A DNA stretch of 53,553 nt, taken from positions 1-53,553 of the forward strand of contig NW_024705335.1 of the NCBI RefSeq assembly GCF_018977255.1. The letters are read 5' to 3'. The translations under genes were made by a program, and so were the position numbers. Below, piece by piece: positions 37,001-51,623 of the stretch; within the stretch, counting starts at the first letter, position 1, and each line of letters starts with the position of its first letter. The notes under the pieces were generated by a model. The model was not told the DNA's origin, searched no databases, and worked only from the letters and a program-made list of their open reading frames with translations. The stretch comes from Callorhinchus milii. Its lineage: Eukaryota.

Positions 37001-40000
37001 GCATGTCGCCAACCACGAGGGACGTTGATCCCGCAGATAACCTCATGGGGGGGACTGAACGGGTCGTCGATTAGTGAGACCAAGGACCCCATTAGGCTTG
37101 GGTTCTAATGATCAACCCTGGCGGCGGGCGCATACACCGCTCACTAAACTCTATTATACAGAACCATAAATACGTCATACCCCATGAGAGATTTGCCTGG
37201 TTGAAAAAATTCTCGCCCCGCAGTAAGGTCCAGAACCGTAGAACCGTTAGTATTCGCGAGGCTTCAATACTAGGGTTAATCGCCTGCTGGCTGGATTGAC
37301 TTTGGTGGCCCGTCCCGTTCTTTACGCATGACTCGAGGGTGGCAAATTCACAGCCGCGCTAAGCCGCCTCACTCGTTACTAACAGCCGAAAACCAATTAG
37401 TGGCGACAACCGTCTACTTGAACGGGAAAGTGAACTCTACATGGATGTCTCCCCTAGCCTTAAATACGTCGTAGTTGTCTTCTTAGACCCCCTCTGCATT
37501 ACAACATTTTGGACATTAAGGAATTCTTAGAACTGCATGTTTGCTTAGAGATTGGCTTATAAGATATTAGACTACCACACGCGACTATATTTTTCAATCT
37601 TAATAACAGCGGAGGTATAAGAGCACCGCTTTTCATCCATGCTTACAATTATCAACGACGAAAAAGCTAATATATGAGCAAGTTCTTTAAGAGTTGATCT
37701 CGAGAGGGTGCGACCCGTTAGAGATCACACGGTAGGTGACGGGTGACCTTAGCGTCGAGTCTTTGCCCCACTCCATAGTTCCTTGCACGGTTGCGTGATT
37801 TTCTCTGCTTCCCGTGATAAACGAGAGGCAGTACCCGACCAGCTAAGTCCAATCTCCATACCAGTCCTTCGCGGGTGTCCGTATCTATCGAAGGCTGAGT
37901 GACGAACTACACGGCGCTATTGTGTCTCAGACCTGTGGTCGACAAGGTGGAGGAGTTCATGCGTGTTACAAATTGAGCCAGTGTACGCTTAGTGAGTGCT
38001 CAATCAGACAGGTTGTTGCTAGCAATGGGTGGTGGAAGTTTATGCTTCTGCAGTGCTAACAGGTTTCTCCTGGCGGCGCTATTCTAAGCAGAGGGAACCC
38101 CCCGAGTCTCCCCGGTTAACGGTGATACGGGAAGGAACGCCAAGACCACAGCCACGCAATACGACATACGGCAGGGAGACCTGGATACTACGCCCTTGAG
38201 GTGCAAGCGCCACACGAGCCAGGAGGCGTCTTGTGGGAAGTGGTAGAAATACCACGAGGATAACAACCCGCACCCAAGGAATGGAACCACGTTTTCTACG
38301 CTGTACCGTGGCAATGAAACGGCTGTCTATTATTCAAAATATATACTTACCCCCGCAACGCGGTACTGGTAGGTATAAGGTGGAGCCTGGGTGGAAGAGC
38401 TACTAAATCCGTACCGCTGTAACCCCCGCTATTTCTCTACGTCCTTCCATCCCAATCGGACTCTAATCATCTCAACGATCTCATCTGCGACAGTGTATTT
38501 GGAAATAAGGTTACAATTCGCAATTATGTCGGCACAGGTCCGACAGAGCTTTATTTGATTGCTCTCTCTGTGAGCCGGTTCGGTTGTGTGCATGGTTAGT
38601 TCCGTAATAGACTGGCAATTATACAACCAGTTGGTGTGGCCGGGCGACATGGGAGATGAATTGACATACTCACGGGTAGTAGTTTACGCCATAAAAAATC
38701 AAGGGCCTTGTAAATCTTCCGCGGCTCACCAACGCGGCGCACGATCAAGTACGGTCATCTCCCCAGTAGGGTTTGATCGGCTGATTTCGAAGTCAATCGA
38801 CACTTTATAAGCGTCTTTCCCAAAGTGTGGTGGAGAATATGGTTATTATTCAGCCTAACGTACCTAATAGCAGCCCGCACACCAACCAGAAGAAGACCAG
38901 GTCCGTAGTCGGGGAAAATCTTAATGAAGGTAATGCACCTAGTGATCATGGCGAGGTAATGTTTCAACAATTAGAAAATCGCTAGGTATTGTTCGGATAT
39001 GAGTGCTAGAAAGGCATAGATGCACCAAATGCACGGTAAGAGATTAATATCGACGGATGGGCAGAGACGATCACTGTAATGGGAGGCCACACGCCGAAGG
39101 ACAGGGATCCAATTTGCCGGCCTATAAGAATCTGATGCGGTCTTAATTGGCCAGAATGGTCCTTGGTTAGTATATGAATCAATTGTTGTTGATCACGGCT
39201 TTAATGGTCAAAAATCACTGGTTAGCCCCAATTGGTTTGAATTCCTAGAGCTCCCAAAGTGTAATAAGGTCTATTGGGATCTGAATTTTTCATTTAGTCT
39301 AACAGCTGGCTTCTTTCAATCAATGCTGCAAAATCTGCTGATCCTCAGCGAGTGGAGACTGTCAGATGGGAAGTCCCAATCCTGTGGGAATTTAACTCCG
39401 CCATGCGATAAAGATAACGTGATATCTCACTGTGGACTATGGTGGCGTACTATAGACGGACAAATCTGCGTTCAAATCGTATCTCTTTTTCTTCTCCATC
39501 TTGCTACAAGAAACTCCGATAACGCTGGGACTTTCATATGGTATGGTAAGCCGAGTGCGTTTTTCAGGAACTCAGATAATGTTGGGTGCGCTACACTCAA
39601 GCGATCGAGACCTGCCAGATCTGGTCTAATGATTTAAACACTGCAGATGAAGTGGGCTTCTACCTATACGTCGACGTGTCATAGCGCAGTTGACGTTTTC
39701 TCAATTCATCACTCATGACAAATTTCGCCTTAGCACTGGCTAATTCGTTGTACTGGGCTATTTTACTATTAACGTCGAGTCAATATTGTGAGTGTAGGTA
39801 TTTAGTCAACACGAGGGCAGACTGTCGTCAGGAACAGGCGAAGCTTAAACTCGTTAGCTATGCGATCGGATTTTATTGAACAGGGTTATGGAAGGTTTGA
39901 TAGGACCATCGGGATACCCGCCCAAATGTCGAGCACCCAGCGCAGTGGTGTATAGAGACATGATCTTGATGAATTTGTTACTCGTCGTGTTCCTCAGTCC

Positions 40001-43000
40001 TTACTTTAGCAAGGGATTTGATGAATTATGTGGTCACGCTTGCAGAATCCCTCTCTGTCAAGCCTTTCGCCTAGCGGTAAAAGGGCGCGCGTTTGCCGCA
40101 ATACCGACATGCCGCTAGACAAGACTGAGGGTAACGGTGGATCAAGTACACTCGCCGGCCATGATTCTTCTAGGATAATGGACATTATGGTTTCGTTCAT
40201 AGAGAAAACCGTCTAACTGAATTGCCAGTTTGTACTGATTGAAGCTACCTCGCATCGTACCCTTTCCCATGGAATAAGCATTCCGATTTTAACCAATGTG
40301 TGATATCTCAACAACAAAAACACTCTGCCTCCCTAGATCTATCCCAACGGTCAACTAACGGAATGACCAGGTCAATATCTAGCATGGGCGAAATCTGATA
40401 ACGCAGGCTCGTCAAAGCCAGCGTGAACTTCTCCGTTCGCGAGAACTCTAATGTCGGGGCTATGGCTACGTGAAGCAAGGGGCTGCCCGAAGCGTTGCCC
40501 GCGGTATAGGTAGCCGCTTCTACTAACCTCCCTTTGGGAATGGTCAGATCACCCGCCCCTTACATACGGGATTCCGCGGACTAATAGTCCTCTCGTAACA
40601 TAAAAACCGTTTGTTTAGATCAGTCTCCCCGATTCTACGGCTTCGTGTAGCGGTTGGACCAACTGACAGTGAGTAACTTTAGTCTGCCGGGTCAGGGTGA
40701 AATTTGTTTTAGGACCGGGTTCGAAAGAATATTTGGCGTACGCTCCGAACGAGCAGACTATGGGGTGAACAGCTCCTGGCATGATTTAATAGTCATGCTC
40801 GCGAGGAATTAATAAGGACAGATTCAGTTCTCGGACGGTCGCGGTGGTCCAGAGCTCTATTCTTGTAGGCCGAACTTGTAATTAATGATTAAACATTAGT
40901 CTTTCCCGGGATCTCGGTGCTTTGGACGACCTTTGTCACGGCAAGCAAAATAATGCCTAGAACTATCCCACCCTTGTATATTGTACACGAAGACATCTCC
41001 CATTTCTCACGCGAAAGATCCCCGGTCTGCGGGCCTCGGCCAGCTGATCGACGGGCACGTACGAATGCTCATAGGACTTTTTAGATTGACGTATGGATCT
41101 TACGACCTTACTATGATGGGATCCGTGTGAGCCCTTATACCGTCTCGCGGGTAGGCATACAAAGCGTCTCTGGGAATCTTAGAAACGAATGTAGCGGACG
41201 CGTGCCCGCAAGAGGGTGTCTCAGCTATATGCGCACACGTGCTCTTGTAGGTACACTGGTAAGCCCGCGATGAGCATACACCGTTCGATAAATATTTATG
41301 CAGACCTATACGCAAATGGTTGTGTGATGGATGCCGTCGGTAAAAGTTTCATGCCCACTGGACAATCGCACTTCAGAAGACAAAGGACGTTGCATTCCAC
41401 TCTCGAAGCGCTCTTGATTTTGCTTGCATAAACGGTTTATACGCCTGAGCGGTACGGATACTGGCGAAGAACGTTGTCAAGCAACGGGTTACTGCCCCTT
41501 AGCTTCGGAAATCTTAGGCGGAGCCAAACCCACAGGAACATCCAGTGTGCCCCCAGCATGCTCCATCGAACCCTGTAGAAAGGCTACTATAGGTTCCCTT
41601 CCCAGGCGAATCTTCTCTGATACCGGCGCATAATAGGGGCCCGTTCTTATGCGCTGCACCTCCACACTTTCCACACAGATGTGTTGTTCTATTCGTCATC
41701 CTGACCTTGGATACCCACGGCTCGAGCCGTAGGCGGCAGGACTTCACCTTTGCCTACACGTCGGGTGCCATTGTCCGAGGGCAAGGTACCAAGGGCCGCA
41801 GTCACGCGAACGCATACCTCCTGCGGGTGCCAACTAACGCAATCGGGCCGTCGTAGTGAGCTCCTATTAGGCTTAGAGTAGTCTACTCGTTCTCTGGAAG
41901 TAGCCGGCTACTAAAACAAGAAGTTTACGGGGTGTACGCTAAATTGGTAATGTGTCCGCTTAACCTAGGGATGGACGCGTACTCATTTAGGACATTAGTG
42001 ACAGCGTATCCGGGCGCATGTCAATTCCGCTACTTCCGCCAGTCTATCGACCGAAAAACCTTTGATCCGTCAGTTCCTACGATTGGACAGCATGATGTAT
42101 TTAGTCGGATTTAATTCGTGTGTCCAGGTCCCCGGAAAGCAGATCAGAGAACCGTAGGCAAACGCTGGAACCGGTCTAAGAGTAAGAAACGTAAGAGATC
42201 ATGCTACATTGCGGCTCGTGCGGCCCTTAGTCTGCCCGGTCTCCGATGTCGCCATTCGGGGGGCATGTGATGAGCTTTGACACTCTCGAACGGATAAAGG
42301 AAAGGTGATACCGCCTCGTGTGCCCGAATACTAACTATTAGTGCTCCGTTATCAGAAACGTTCGATAGTATCGCGATGCTGCTCCACTAGGCAGGGGAAG
42401 CACAGACCTCGTTTTGGAGATCGACTAAATTATTCAACAATACGACGCTACGTCAGTTTTACTCCTGCTATCACATCTATATGAAGAGTACCCAGCTTTC
42501 TAGTTTATTCACTGCGATCTCCCGGGCACCCGATTTGTTTTTCCTATTAGGATAATAAGACAGACCACGATAGGAACTAGAATTGACAATTTGGGTTACG
42601 AATCGAGGACATCAAGATAATTGCTGCCATGCATCTGGTGTACATCCGTCATACACGAAGAGGACGTGTTATGTGCGCATAAATGCTGGAATCTGCTAGG
42701 TCGCATCGTGTCTGCGTCAGCTCAGTCGTCCTAAAGGTACCTGTCTTGAGTTAGAGAGTCGATAGGCGCAGTCTCTCGTGCATAGGCGTTCAACCAACAT
42801 AGAACGGTCTAAGTAAGTAGTGCACAGATAAAGACTGTCAATAAACGCCCGAGATGGCGCCCCTTCCGCTTGCTCCGAACGTCGTTGCAACAAGTTTCGG
42901 GTATCTACCGTTTACTATACGCCGGCTTACCGCATGAATGGGCCCGACTGGACCGTAGGGTTTACGAGCGAAATCCTTTGATACTATGTTGGTTACAACA

Positions 43001-46000
43001 CAGGACGCAAGCGCCCAAGTATGGAGGACCTCTCCGTGTCAGTTCCCGAGGCCAACCGAAAGACCTGAGAGGGTACCGTATCACATGCCGTTACCAGAAA
43101 TCCGTATAAGGTCGGCACACCACTGCGAACGTGCTAATCGGGTAGTAAGCCTCACGCCAACGCGCAACATTGGTTTCCTCGTGCCGGGGAAATGAAATAG
43201 GTTCTAGAGTCTCAACCGATACAAGAGTATGGATGCAACTGATATTACCTAAGTGAAAGATTTCCGTCCTGGAGGTGGGTGATGTAAGCCTGTGCCTGTA
43301 CGGACGCCATATTTTCTATGTTGTAGAGTAGTCGCATTTAGGACGCCGTCATAAAGCGTGGTCTACTCTTGCAGTGTATGTCGCACTTATCTGAGCCCAC
43401 TACATGCACGTCCAAAATCTTCGCTTCGCTCTTAGCATTCTCGGGGTCCCATAATGTGGGAAGAGCCCCCTTTCCACAGGTCGCCCAGCTGGATCTTGCC
43501 GCGGTAAGGTTTAAATCATTTGTTGACTCTTCCCCCTGTGAGGTGGTTATACCTGGGGCATTGCGCTCAAATGTTTCTAATCTTTAATTTATCGCAGTGG
43601 AAAGATCTTGTGGCTTGCGCGTTCCGCAGTATTAGCAGATGGCGTATACGCAGAATGAGGGAAGGAGTTCTAGACTTATCGTGCCAGGCAAATCTTGAGA
43701 TCCGGGTTCCCGCCCTCTCCGTGGTCGGGGACAAAGGTCGCTGGTCGCTGGGTGTAACCATTGAGAGTAAGGACAACTTTCTGGTAGGATCCGTTGGCAT
43801 AAAAACCTACGAGTACTAACGCCCTCTGGACCATTGCAATGAGACAACCCAAGAATGGTGCCGTTATGTTCTGTACGCCCCGAGAGAAAGGACCGTCCGG
43901 TGGCGCCTCGAAGCGTATAACTATAGTATGCCGCCTGCGCCCCATCCCTTCTAAAATCCGTTTGATGGTTGATACTGTCGTCCAGATGATCGCTGTGGGC
44001 GCATTAGTGCGACTTGTTACGTCGTAAATCACACTACAGCCATGGTCCGACACCAAGTAAACTTGATTCCCTTATGCGCTGACACGACATAGCTATCCGC
44101 GGTTCCAGTTTCTGAGAGCCTGTGGTATGACCGGCGAGGAGGTGACATCCAACCCGCACTCAATTCGCATATTCCAAACCCTAGGTCGGTTACTCGATCC
44201 TCGCTGTTCGATTGGGTGGTGGAGTTTCAAGACCTACGGTGGTTCCTGCGCAACTTTTCCGTCAGTGACATTCGCCTCGGAACCGTTCAGTGGAACATAA
44301 CCGGCACCGCCTGCTTAGCCCCATACATGCAGATTAACCTAGGGTGAACCCTGCTGTGCCAAAAAACCTCGCTTGGGCACATGTTGGCCGTGTCCCTCGA
44401 TAAAGCGAGAATAAACATATCGTGTGTGCAAAGAGTCCTAAATCGGCATGTGATGGCGTGTGATGATACGTAAAGAACAGCAAGCTACCCAATGTGTATG
44501 GGTAATTTGGTGGAAGGGGAGTAGCAACCGGAATTTATTGTATGACGTGTGAAGCCTAAATTCAGACCTCAAAAGAAGGCGAGAAACGTAGTTCCTCATT
44601 TAATTCAGCACGTTCGAAAGATGAGAAGCTTTTCTGCATTCAGGCCTTAGCGCATCATATTCCCGAGCCAGTGAAACAGCGTGGACGGGTGGGCGTACGA
44701 CACTAAGAATAAGATCTGCTTGGAATGCAAAGACAATAAAACAGACTGTTCACTGGCGATAGACCCAGTCAGCCCGAGGCTTTATGGCGTCAAGAGGAGA
44801 TTATGCTAACTATGAGATAGTGAAGGTCGAAACCCAAAGAGCACTTATATGGCCTGTTTGCTCCCGGGTATACTCGAAGACTCTAACTATGGGGTTTAGA
44901 TATTGGGAATGGGAGTTACTACCGGCGACCTTGAAAAGCCCATTTTGTAGCGTAGGCCGGTGAATGAGGTGTGGTAGCTAGATCTCTAACTAGGTTGATA
45001 TAGCCCTTTGAGGACCAAACGTACGAACTGGAATTAGTGGCTGTTACAAACCCGCGCGTCGTACTTTTCTCTTTTCCCATGGTATTCGTGAGAGTGGACA
45101 TGAGCGGGGAACTACTAAGCCTATCCATGCTGAGCTACGAGCGTATATATTTCACAATAATTTGACCCCCAGTTGACCTATCTACCAACATTTGGTAATG
45201 CACAGGAATAATGCGCACATGGCCGGGGAACCCGCCCAACTTCTGGTAACGCACGGAGAGAGTCGTTAAGTTCACTCTGCAACTTGGGTTATCCGCCGTT
45301 CTTTCATGATCTCTCAGAACGACTAAGCCCCTATCCGAACGGGACCTAAGGGATATAGTAATGGATAAATAGCGCTTTTCACAAACCGTACTGTTCAATA
45401 TAGATGACTGACCCACCAGTTCCCCGGTGCTACTCAATTTCAGGACCTAGTGTGACCCTGTATTCGCGACACACATTTACTCGTTTTCTCGCATATTAAT
45501 CGACAATTTCAGACTCCCCAGACCCGGCAAATGCCCGTGTGCAGGTTCCGCTGAAGGCACTATAGGTCGAATTAGTGAGACACGAATCATACTTATGGGA
45601 GCAGAGAAAATCGTCCCAAGGATTGTCCCCAACTCCTAATTTTCTTATGCAGTGACTTTAAGCGTGTTTATTGTTTGATGCGTGGCACAAAGCGTGGTGT
45701 GTCGCACGTCCCGGATGAGAATCACTCCTTCATTGCGTGTAGCATTATTCGCGACCAGGCCTGTGCCTGAAAGTTCTTTAGTACGTGCTCCTCGAAGTCA
45801 GAAGGTGTCTCCGTGGAACATCCAAGCCTTTAGCTCCCATCAATTCCGTTGTCTACACCGCACCCTCGTGTAATTAGCTCGTTACCTCACTAGGTTTTCG
45901 TTTGGCGAAAAACCAAATTAGCTCACTCGGGTTCCGTTGGAGGATCCACCGTATTTTCGCTTCAACGCATTATGCGATCGCGGAACCGCATCCTGCGCCT

Positions 46001-47950
46001 GTGGAGTGTCAATGTTATGTTGCGCTCCGTTCCCCCACTCACCAGGGTATCACGACTATCATCGCGTCAATGCGGGGTTGACGACGTGAAATACATATTC
46101 AATCCTGAGCGACCTCCTTACACCCGATACCTAATTATGAAGGATGCACTCGGTCACGGTTAGATGGCATTAGAACCTATCTGTGAACCTCTTTACCTCC
46201 CACAGAGAGCCACACCGTTATCATCCAGCGTTACAAGAAGTGCATACCTATTACATGGTCGGAGCCCCGGAAGAAAGCTTATCTGGTGTCGCAAAAATTC
46301 TTTACGTTCAAGTACTTCGGGAAGTGTCGCGACAGGCAGCCGTACACCACTTGGCTACCGTGGCGCACGGTTACAGCCGGCACCTTTCCCTCGGGCAATA
46401 CGGATCATCTGAATGTCGTGCAGTTCACGCCGATTAAGCGAAGTACGCGAAACACAGTACGTATGTCAAAGGCGAGTATCCCTAGTAAACTCTCAACAGC
46501 CTCCTGTCCTAGGTCGGTCTACCACGGATGCTGTCGTCAAATAAGGACGGCCCGTCAGTTCCCTAGCATCTAGGCCTTTGCCTGAGATGAAGGGGCTAGA
46601 ATCGGAGCTCAGTGGGCGTCTTGCATGAAAAGCTATTACAGAGTTCAGTGGTATATTTGCTTCCTGCATACCATCACGTGTCATCTCTGTAGGTCGCTTC
46701 GTTGGCCATGTCGAGAGTACTACGACAGGAGACAGAGTTTAAGATGTGACGTCCCATCAATCTTTCCGAGCTGTGATCATCTGCAGTCAATTGGTGACAG
46801 GCAGACAAAAATTGTCCCAGCGTAGTCTAAAAGGTATTAGATACTGTGGGCTGTATAACCCGTATAAAGGGCAATTGTGATCATAGCGAAACAAACTTGG
46901 CTCGTTTTGGGGGGCCCACGTAATCCGTTCAGATGTATGGGAATAGACGGTTCAATTCATGAGACCTAAGGCAAACACGGATATATAGCGAAAGACACAT
47001 CGGCGAGAATGGTAATAAGCGCTAAGCGTCGAGCGCTTGTCGTCCTGGTCCCAGTCGCAGTCCTAAGTAAAGAATGCTGAACTGCGGACGGGGAGTAGAG
47101 CAGTGCTAACCTTTCAGAGGTTAAAAAGAACCGCCTGTATTCTGACGATTTCCGAATACCATACTGCCGCAACTGCATGCCGTAATCCTCCCCAGGGTCT
47201 CTAGCAATTGGGCTAAGCCGCCGATGCAAATATTTGCCGCACCTGTTGTGTTGCCGACCGTATCACGATCTATTGTGTGAGGCCACGGCGAGCAACCTGA
47301 TGCATCTGGCTAGCGACCCAAGGTTCAACTTGTGACCGGGGCGAGATTCACTGGATGGCAGGAACACTGCCACACGGGGTAGTTTGACACCAGCCGGTCT
47401 TTCTGATATATTCAGACCCGCAGCCACCAGGAGTTGTCGGTCATGCGGCCTATAGGAGGACGACGTAAGAAGAGGTGGGAGACGTCAATTATCGGTCAGC
47501 TACCCTCACGTGGATAGGCTAAACAGTGTAACAGAGTCAAGGTTTGTCATTGTCCACCACACCAGCTGAAGCTGCCACGTACGGCCCGTTTCAGTGCAGG
47601 GGTCGTGGTTGTTGGTACTGACGCGAGCCCCGGACCCCGGTAAGTAGGAGAGAGTCAGTTGCGCCACCCACGATGATTAGCTTTTGCTTGCGGGATAGAC
47701 TGTGGCTTGTTAGGCGAGGTGATTGACCAGTCGCAGATCAAAGCAAGGCTTCGGTCAGTTGGAAGACAACAGAATAATGGGATTTTGGGGTCTTAAGCTT
47801 CTCAATCAATTTCCTACTTGTGATCACATTGCCTATATACTGGCCAGGGAGACTCGGGAATCTTCGATTCCAGAGTAGATATCGTCTGTTGAAGGCGGCA
47901 TTAAGGGAGAAATCTAGACGGTGGGTATCAAGAGACTATGCACAGAGCCC
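19069..47950. other. ~29-kb featureless, random-like block (no supportable genes or repeats)
   Basis: Longest ORF 126 aa with no recognisable motifs; none of the flanking repeat families seen; no microsatellites or long homopolymers; abundant CTAG/TA/CG. The right boundary is approximate (+/- a few hundred bp). Confidence 0.75.
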
Positions 47951-49149
47951 CATACCCCGTGGAATTGAAGGTGATGTGTTTTGTGGAGGAGCGAGATACA
48001 CTTTTTTAGATATTCCATCAATACAAAGTGGCGATTTGTCTTAATTTGGCATGAATTATTTGAAGGGTTGGCATTGTCTTAACCTAATAGACGTCAATCA
48101 CTGTTGTAAGATTGGCAAAGATGCAACGTTGATACCTGCCAAAAAGAATCACCTGCTTGACATCGTATCGGAAGCAAATGATTTAAATGCACATTTGATC
48201 ATTACGCGCACAGCGAAATTCGATAATGCACAGAGCATGCGTTTGCTTTTTAAATGCACGCCCACAAATCTGTGCAAGTCCTGCTAAATTACTAAACAAC
48301 GTATTAGCCTATACGGGTCAGAAGATTAATTGCTTTACAGCTGTTTAACATTCGGATTCAACGGTAATTTTCGGCACTAAAACCCGCAATTACTCTTCGG
48401 TATAAATCAGCACTTAATTACGCGTGCGAAATACCTCCACAATCGCGCGAAATGAAAAGAACCACGCATTGGCATGGACGAATCGGACAATGAAATTTGG
48501 GCACCGCACTAGTTTAATTTAAAGCCAACAACTGGATGGCACTGCTGGAAAAGAACCTGAACCCGGTATGAAATGTTAATGACCAGGACAAGCCATCCGA
48601 CTCAACAAGCGGCAATGTCACATTGAGCATGAGGCTCATAGCGTTTGTTTGGCAACTGTGGTGACAGTCGGGACATAATATCCGGTAAAAAGTTGGCAAA
48701 TTCTAACCAACACTCATCCCAACTGGCAGTGGTTGATTGTCTTAATCGTGCCAGCTGTGTATACGGGCTGTGTGCCAGCGTTTTGTTTTCGAAGAGAAGA
48801 GACACACACTTAAGACCATTGATTTTATAATACGGAAGAAGGGTGGTCAGGTGTTAGTACAAGGACAATACGAGTTGTGAAAAGTGTCCCATCACATTAT
48901 CATTACATCAGGATAATTTTCACATGAGAAATGTGTGCAAGTCCACACACATATACCGGGGATCGTATTCATTTGTCGCATTTACCAATGTGCAGACAAT
49001 TAAGAACACTTTCCTACATTTCAGTTGTCACTGGAATTCTATTGTGTACAGCATCGAGGAGTAATGTGCATTTTTGCCAGGATATACTCACATGGCCCAG
49101 CCCGCCAATCACACGACATCAAGCAGCCTCACCATTACAAGCTCAGCAG

Positions 49150-50250
49150 CGCAATCGCACAAGCAATTAATATTTGACAAGCATGGCAAATAAAAGAGTT
49201 GTCGTGCCTTTGAGGTCTATATATACACACATTTCAACCGTTAATTATCATTCATCAGTTTCACAACTTAACGAAAGCAGGGCACACCAAAATGAAAAGA
49301 CGCTTCTTGCAGGCATCGAAGCATAACTTTTAGATTACCGAAGGCACACGCATATCTATTTTACTGCCCGACATCAGGGGCTCCGACAAAACAGCAAAAG
49401 TAAGGAAGCCCTGTCCATTATGTGCATTCCTTGTATTCCTCTGTGCATAGGGTCATAAATCAAAATAGTCGCATAAAGACACGTGCAGTATAAATATTAA
49501 ATAAAACAGTCATGCTGATAAGGGGGATATTATTTTAGGAGGCGCTTAAACTTGCGCCGTCGCTCAATGCTGGCAACTGAGTGACGTGCATATAATTACG
49601 GCGACAGTCGCCGGAATTACGTGATGTTTCGCTCCGTGACAGCGCCGTTATTAAACTCGCAGCTCAGCCGCGCTCTCGCCGCGCACAAGGTGAGAAAGGG
49701 GAACGGAGAGGGGGGGGGGAGAGGCGGAGGGGGTGGCGGCCTCCCGAACCGACGCACATCCCAAGCACGGACACAAAGAACGGGGCCGTCCGTAGCGCAC
49801 TTCCAGCGCAAGGTGCAGAACGATTCAACGAGCGCTGCAGCAGCGACTGACCGAGCTGCGTTCTTTACACAGCAGCATTAGCCAGAAACATTTTTGAATG
49901 TAGCTTAACAGTGTAATTGGGCTGACTGAGAGCGACACGCGAAGACAATTAGAATGCACTCACTTTGAGCGAGCTGTTCCCTTTATAAATCAATAGCAAA
50001 TTCCCTTTGCCCTTTAACCTTGAGTATTGACCCAACATCTGCCTACGAACTTAAATTTCAGCGTCTTAATGCGGAGCAAGAGGTCTATTTTTTCTGGAAT
50101 AACCGACCTATGTGCTTTCCAGCAGACGTCATGATGATATATACTAATGCATAAACAGCTATTAATTTAAGGTGACACGACTACGGCTTCACCATTCAAA
50201 ATGGCCATATTTGTACCCGACATTTTCTCACAGTATATATACACTTTATC
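49150..50250. promoter_or_regulatory. Candidate developmental enhancer / conserved non-coding region
   Basis: Repeat-free, TAAT-rich, with Pbx-Hox-type TGATTTAT on - at 49453-62 and 49983-92 and TGACAG near 49638. Motif-level evidence only. Confidence 0.3.
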
Positions 50251-51541
50251 ATTTACGTGCACATCCAGTCAATGTACATTTGTTATTTTAATGTTTAACA
50301 ACTTTGGGTGTCATTACCTTAAACTTTAAGGCAACACCTAAGTCCTACCGACGTAATTACTCGGAGAAAGGAGCAACGGTTCTTCACCAGGGCTCCCCGT
50401 TAGCCTCCCCGTATTTATTCTTTTAACAACGTAACATCAGAACTGCTCCCTTGTCAAACATAACCCTTAATTTAGTTCCCCCTCATCACAAACTCCCACT
50501 TTATTACTGCGGAAAAAGAACAAGTCAATTCCTTCTTCCCTAAATCGAATTTAGACGCGACTCGGCTGGGGCGGCGGGAGAAGGCCCTGCTATTCCCAAT
50601 AGAACTGCTCGGGGTTTATTGTTATTTAAAGAGAAGACATCCCCCTTCTCTAGCACCTAATAACTAACAGTCCCACTTGACAGATCGCACCCCGAAGGCA
50701 AACCTGGCGTTATTACAACAGCCGGTCGGAGCTCCCCGGCCCTGCAGCGCACCAACCATCAATTCCTCATTATGCCCGTACTCCGACCGCTGCCCAAAAT
50801 TTATTATGATTTATGAAACACAATCAGGGCAAGCTTCGGACAGATATTAAGAAATAGTGCTCGCCTTGATAGAATTCCAAATTGCGGCAAAGCCTTCGAG
50901 ATGCGCGGTCCCCCCTGCCCTTTTGCTTGTTTTCTTCGTTGGCTATAATAAAGTTTAATTTCCCCAACACACAAGATAAATCTACACCGTCAGGGTTCTG
51001 GCAAATGAAGATAAAGCGTGGACAGGGACGGGGAATTGCGTACATTTTGGGGGAAAGGATGCGCTCGCGTGGGTGAAGAGGGCTGTGAAGTTAAAATGCT
51101 TTCAAACACCTCGGACTGCAGGATGGGGGGGGACACATCATTGTTCAGGATGCGAGTGGTGGCAAGTATTCAGTTGTTCCTCTTCCATTTCCCAAAAAAA
51201 ACACAAAATGGTCACACATAATTCCTTATCTGCAATTTCCTTTCAAATTTCGCCTACTATGCAATATTAATGGTTCCAGACGCACACACACAAAGAAATT
51301 CGCTAAGAACTTCAATATGTAAGGGAAATTACGGGAAGGGTAATAATTTTCAAAAACCTCCAGCACACGTGGAATGATTATATGTAACGACGGTAAGGTT
51401 TATTACGGCTGGTGCCATGCGGCAGCGCCAGGGCGTCCAAGTGCCGTCACGGTTTCTTTTCGAGAAACGCACACTCCCTTTTCAGCGACATTTAAATCCC
51501 CATTTAATTGTCAATTAGTTCCCCTGCCTGCCAAGGCTGGT

Positions 51542-51623
51542 GGCCAACCGAGGAATCCATGCACCGATAGGATCCCACAAGGGCCAACTTAGGAATCCAT
51601 GCACCGATAGGATCCCGCAAGGG
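51542..51623. repeat. 40-bp tandem duplication
   Basis: ggccaac..aggaatccatgcaccgataggatccc(a/g)caaggg occurs twice with period 40. Confidence 0.9.

Noticed and set aside
43369..44056. Cluster of overlapping 60-126 aa ORFs in the featureless block
   Set aside because: No recognisable domains or coding bias; lengths are consistent with random sequence.
32287..44417. Shared 14-mer gagaataaacatat at ~32287 and ~44404
   Set aside because: About one such match is expected by chance in 29 kb, and there is no extended homology.
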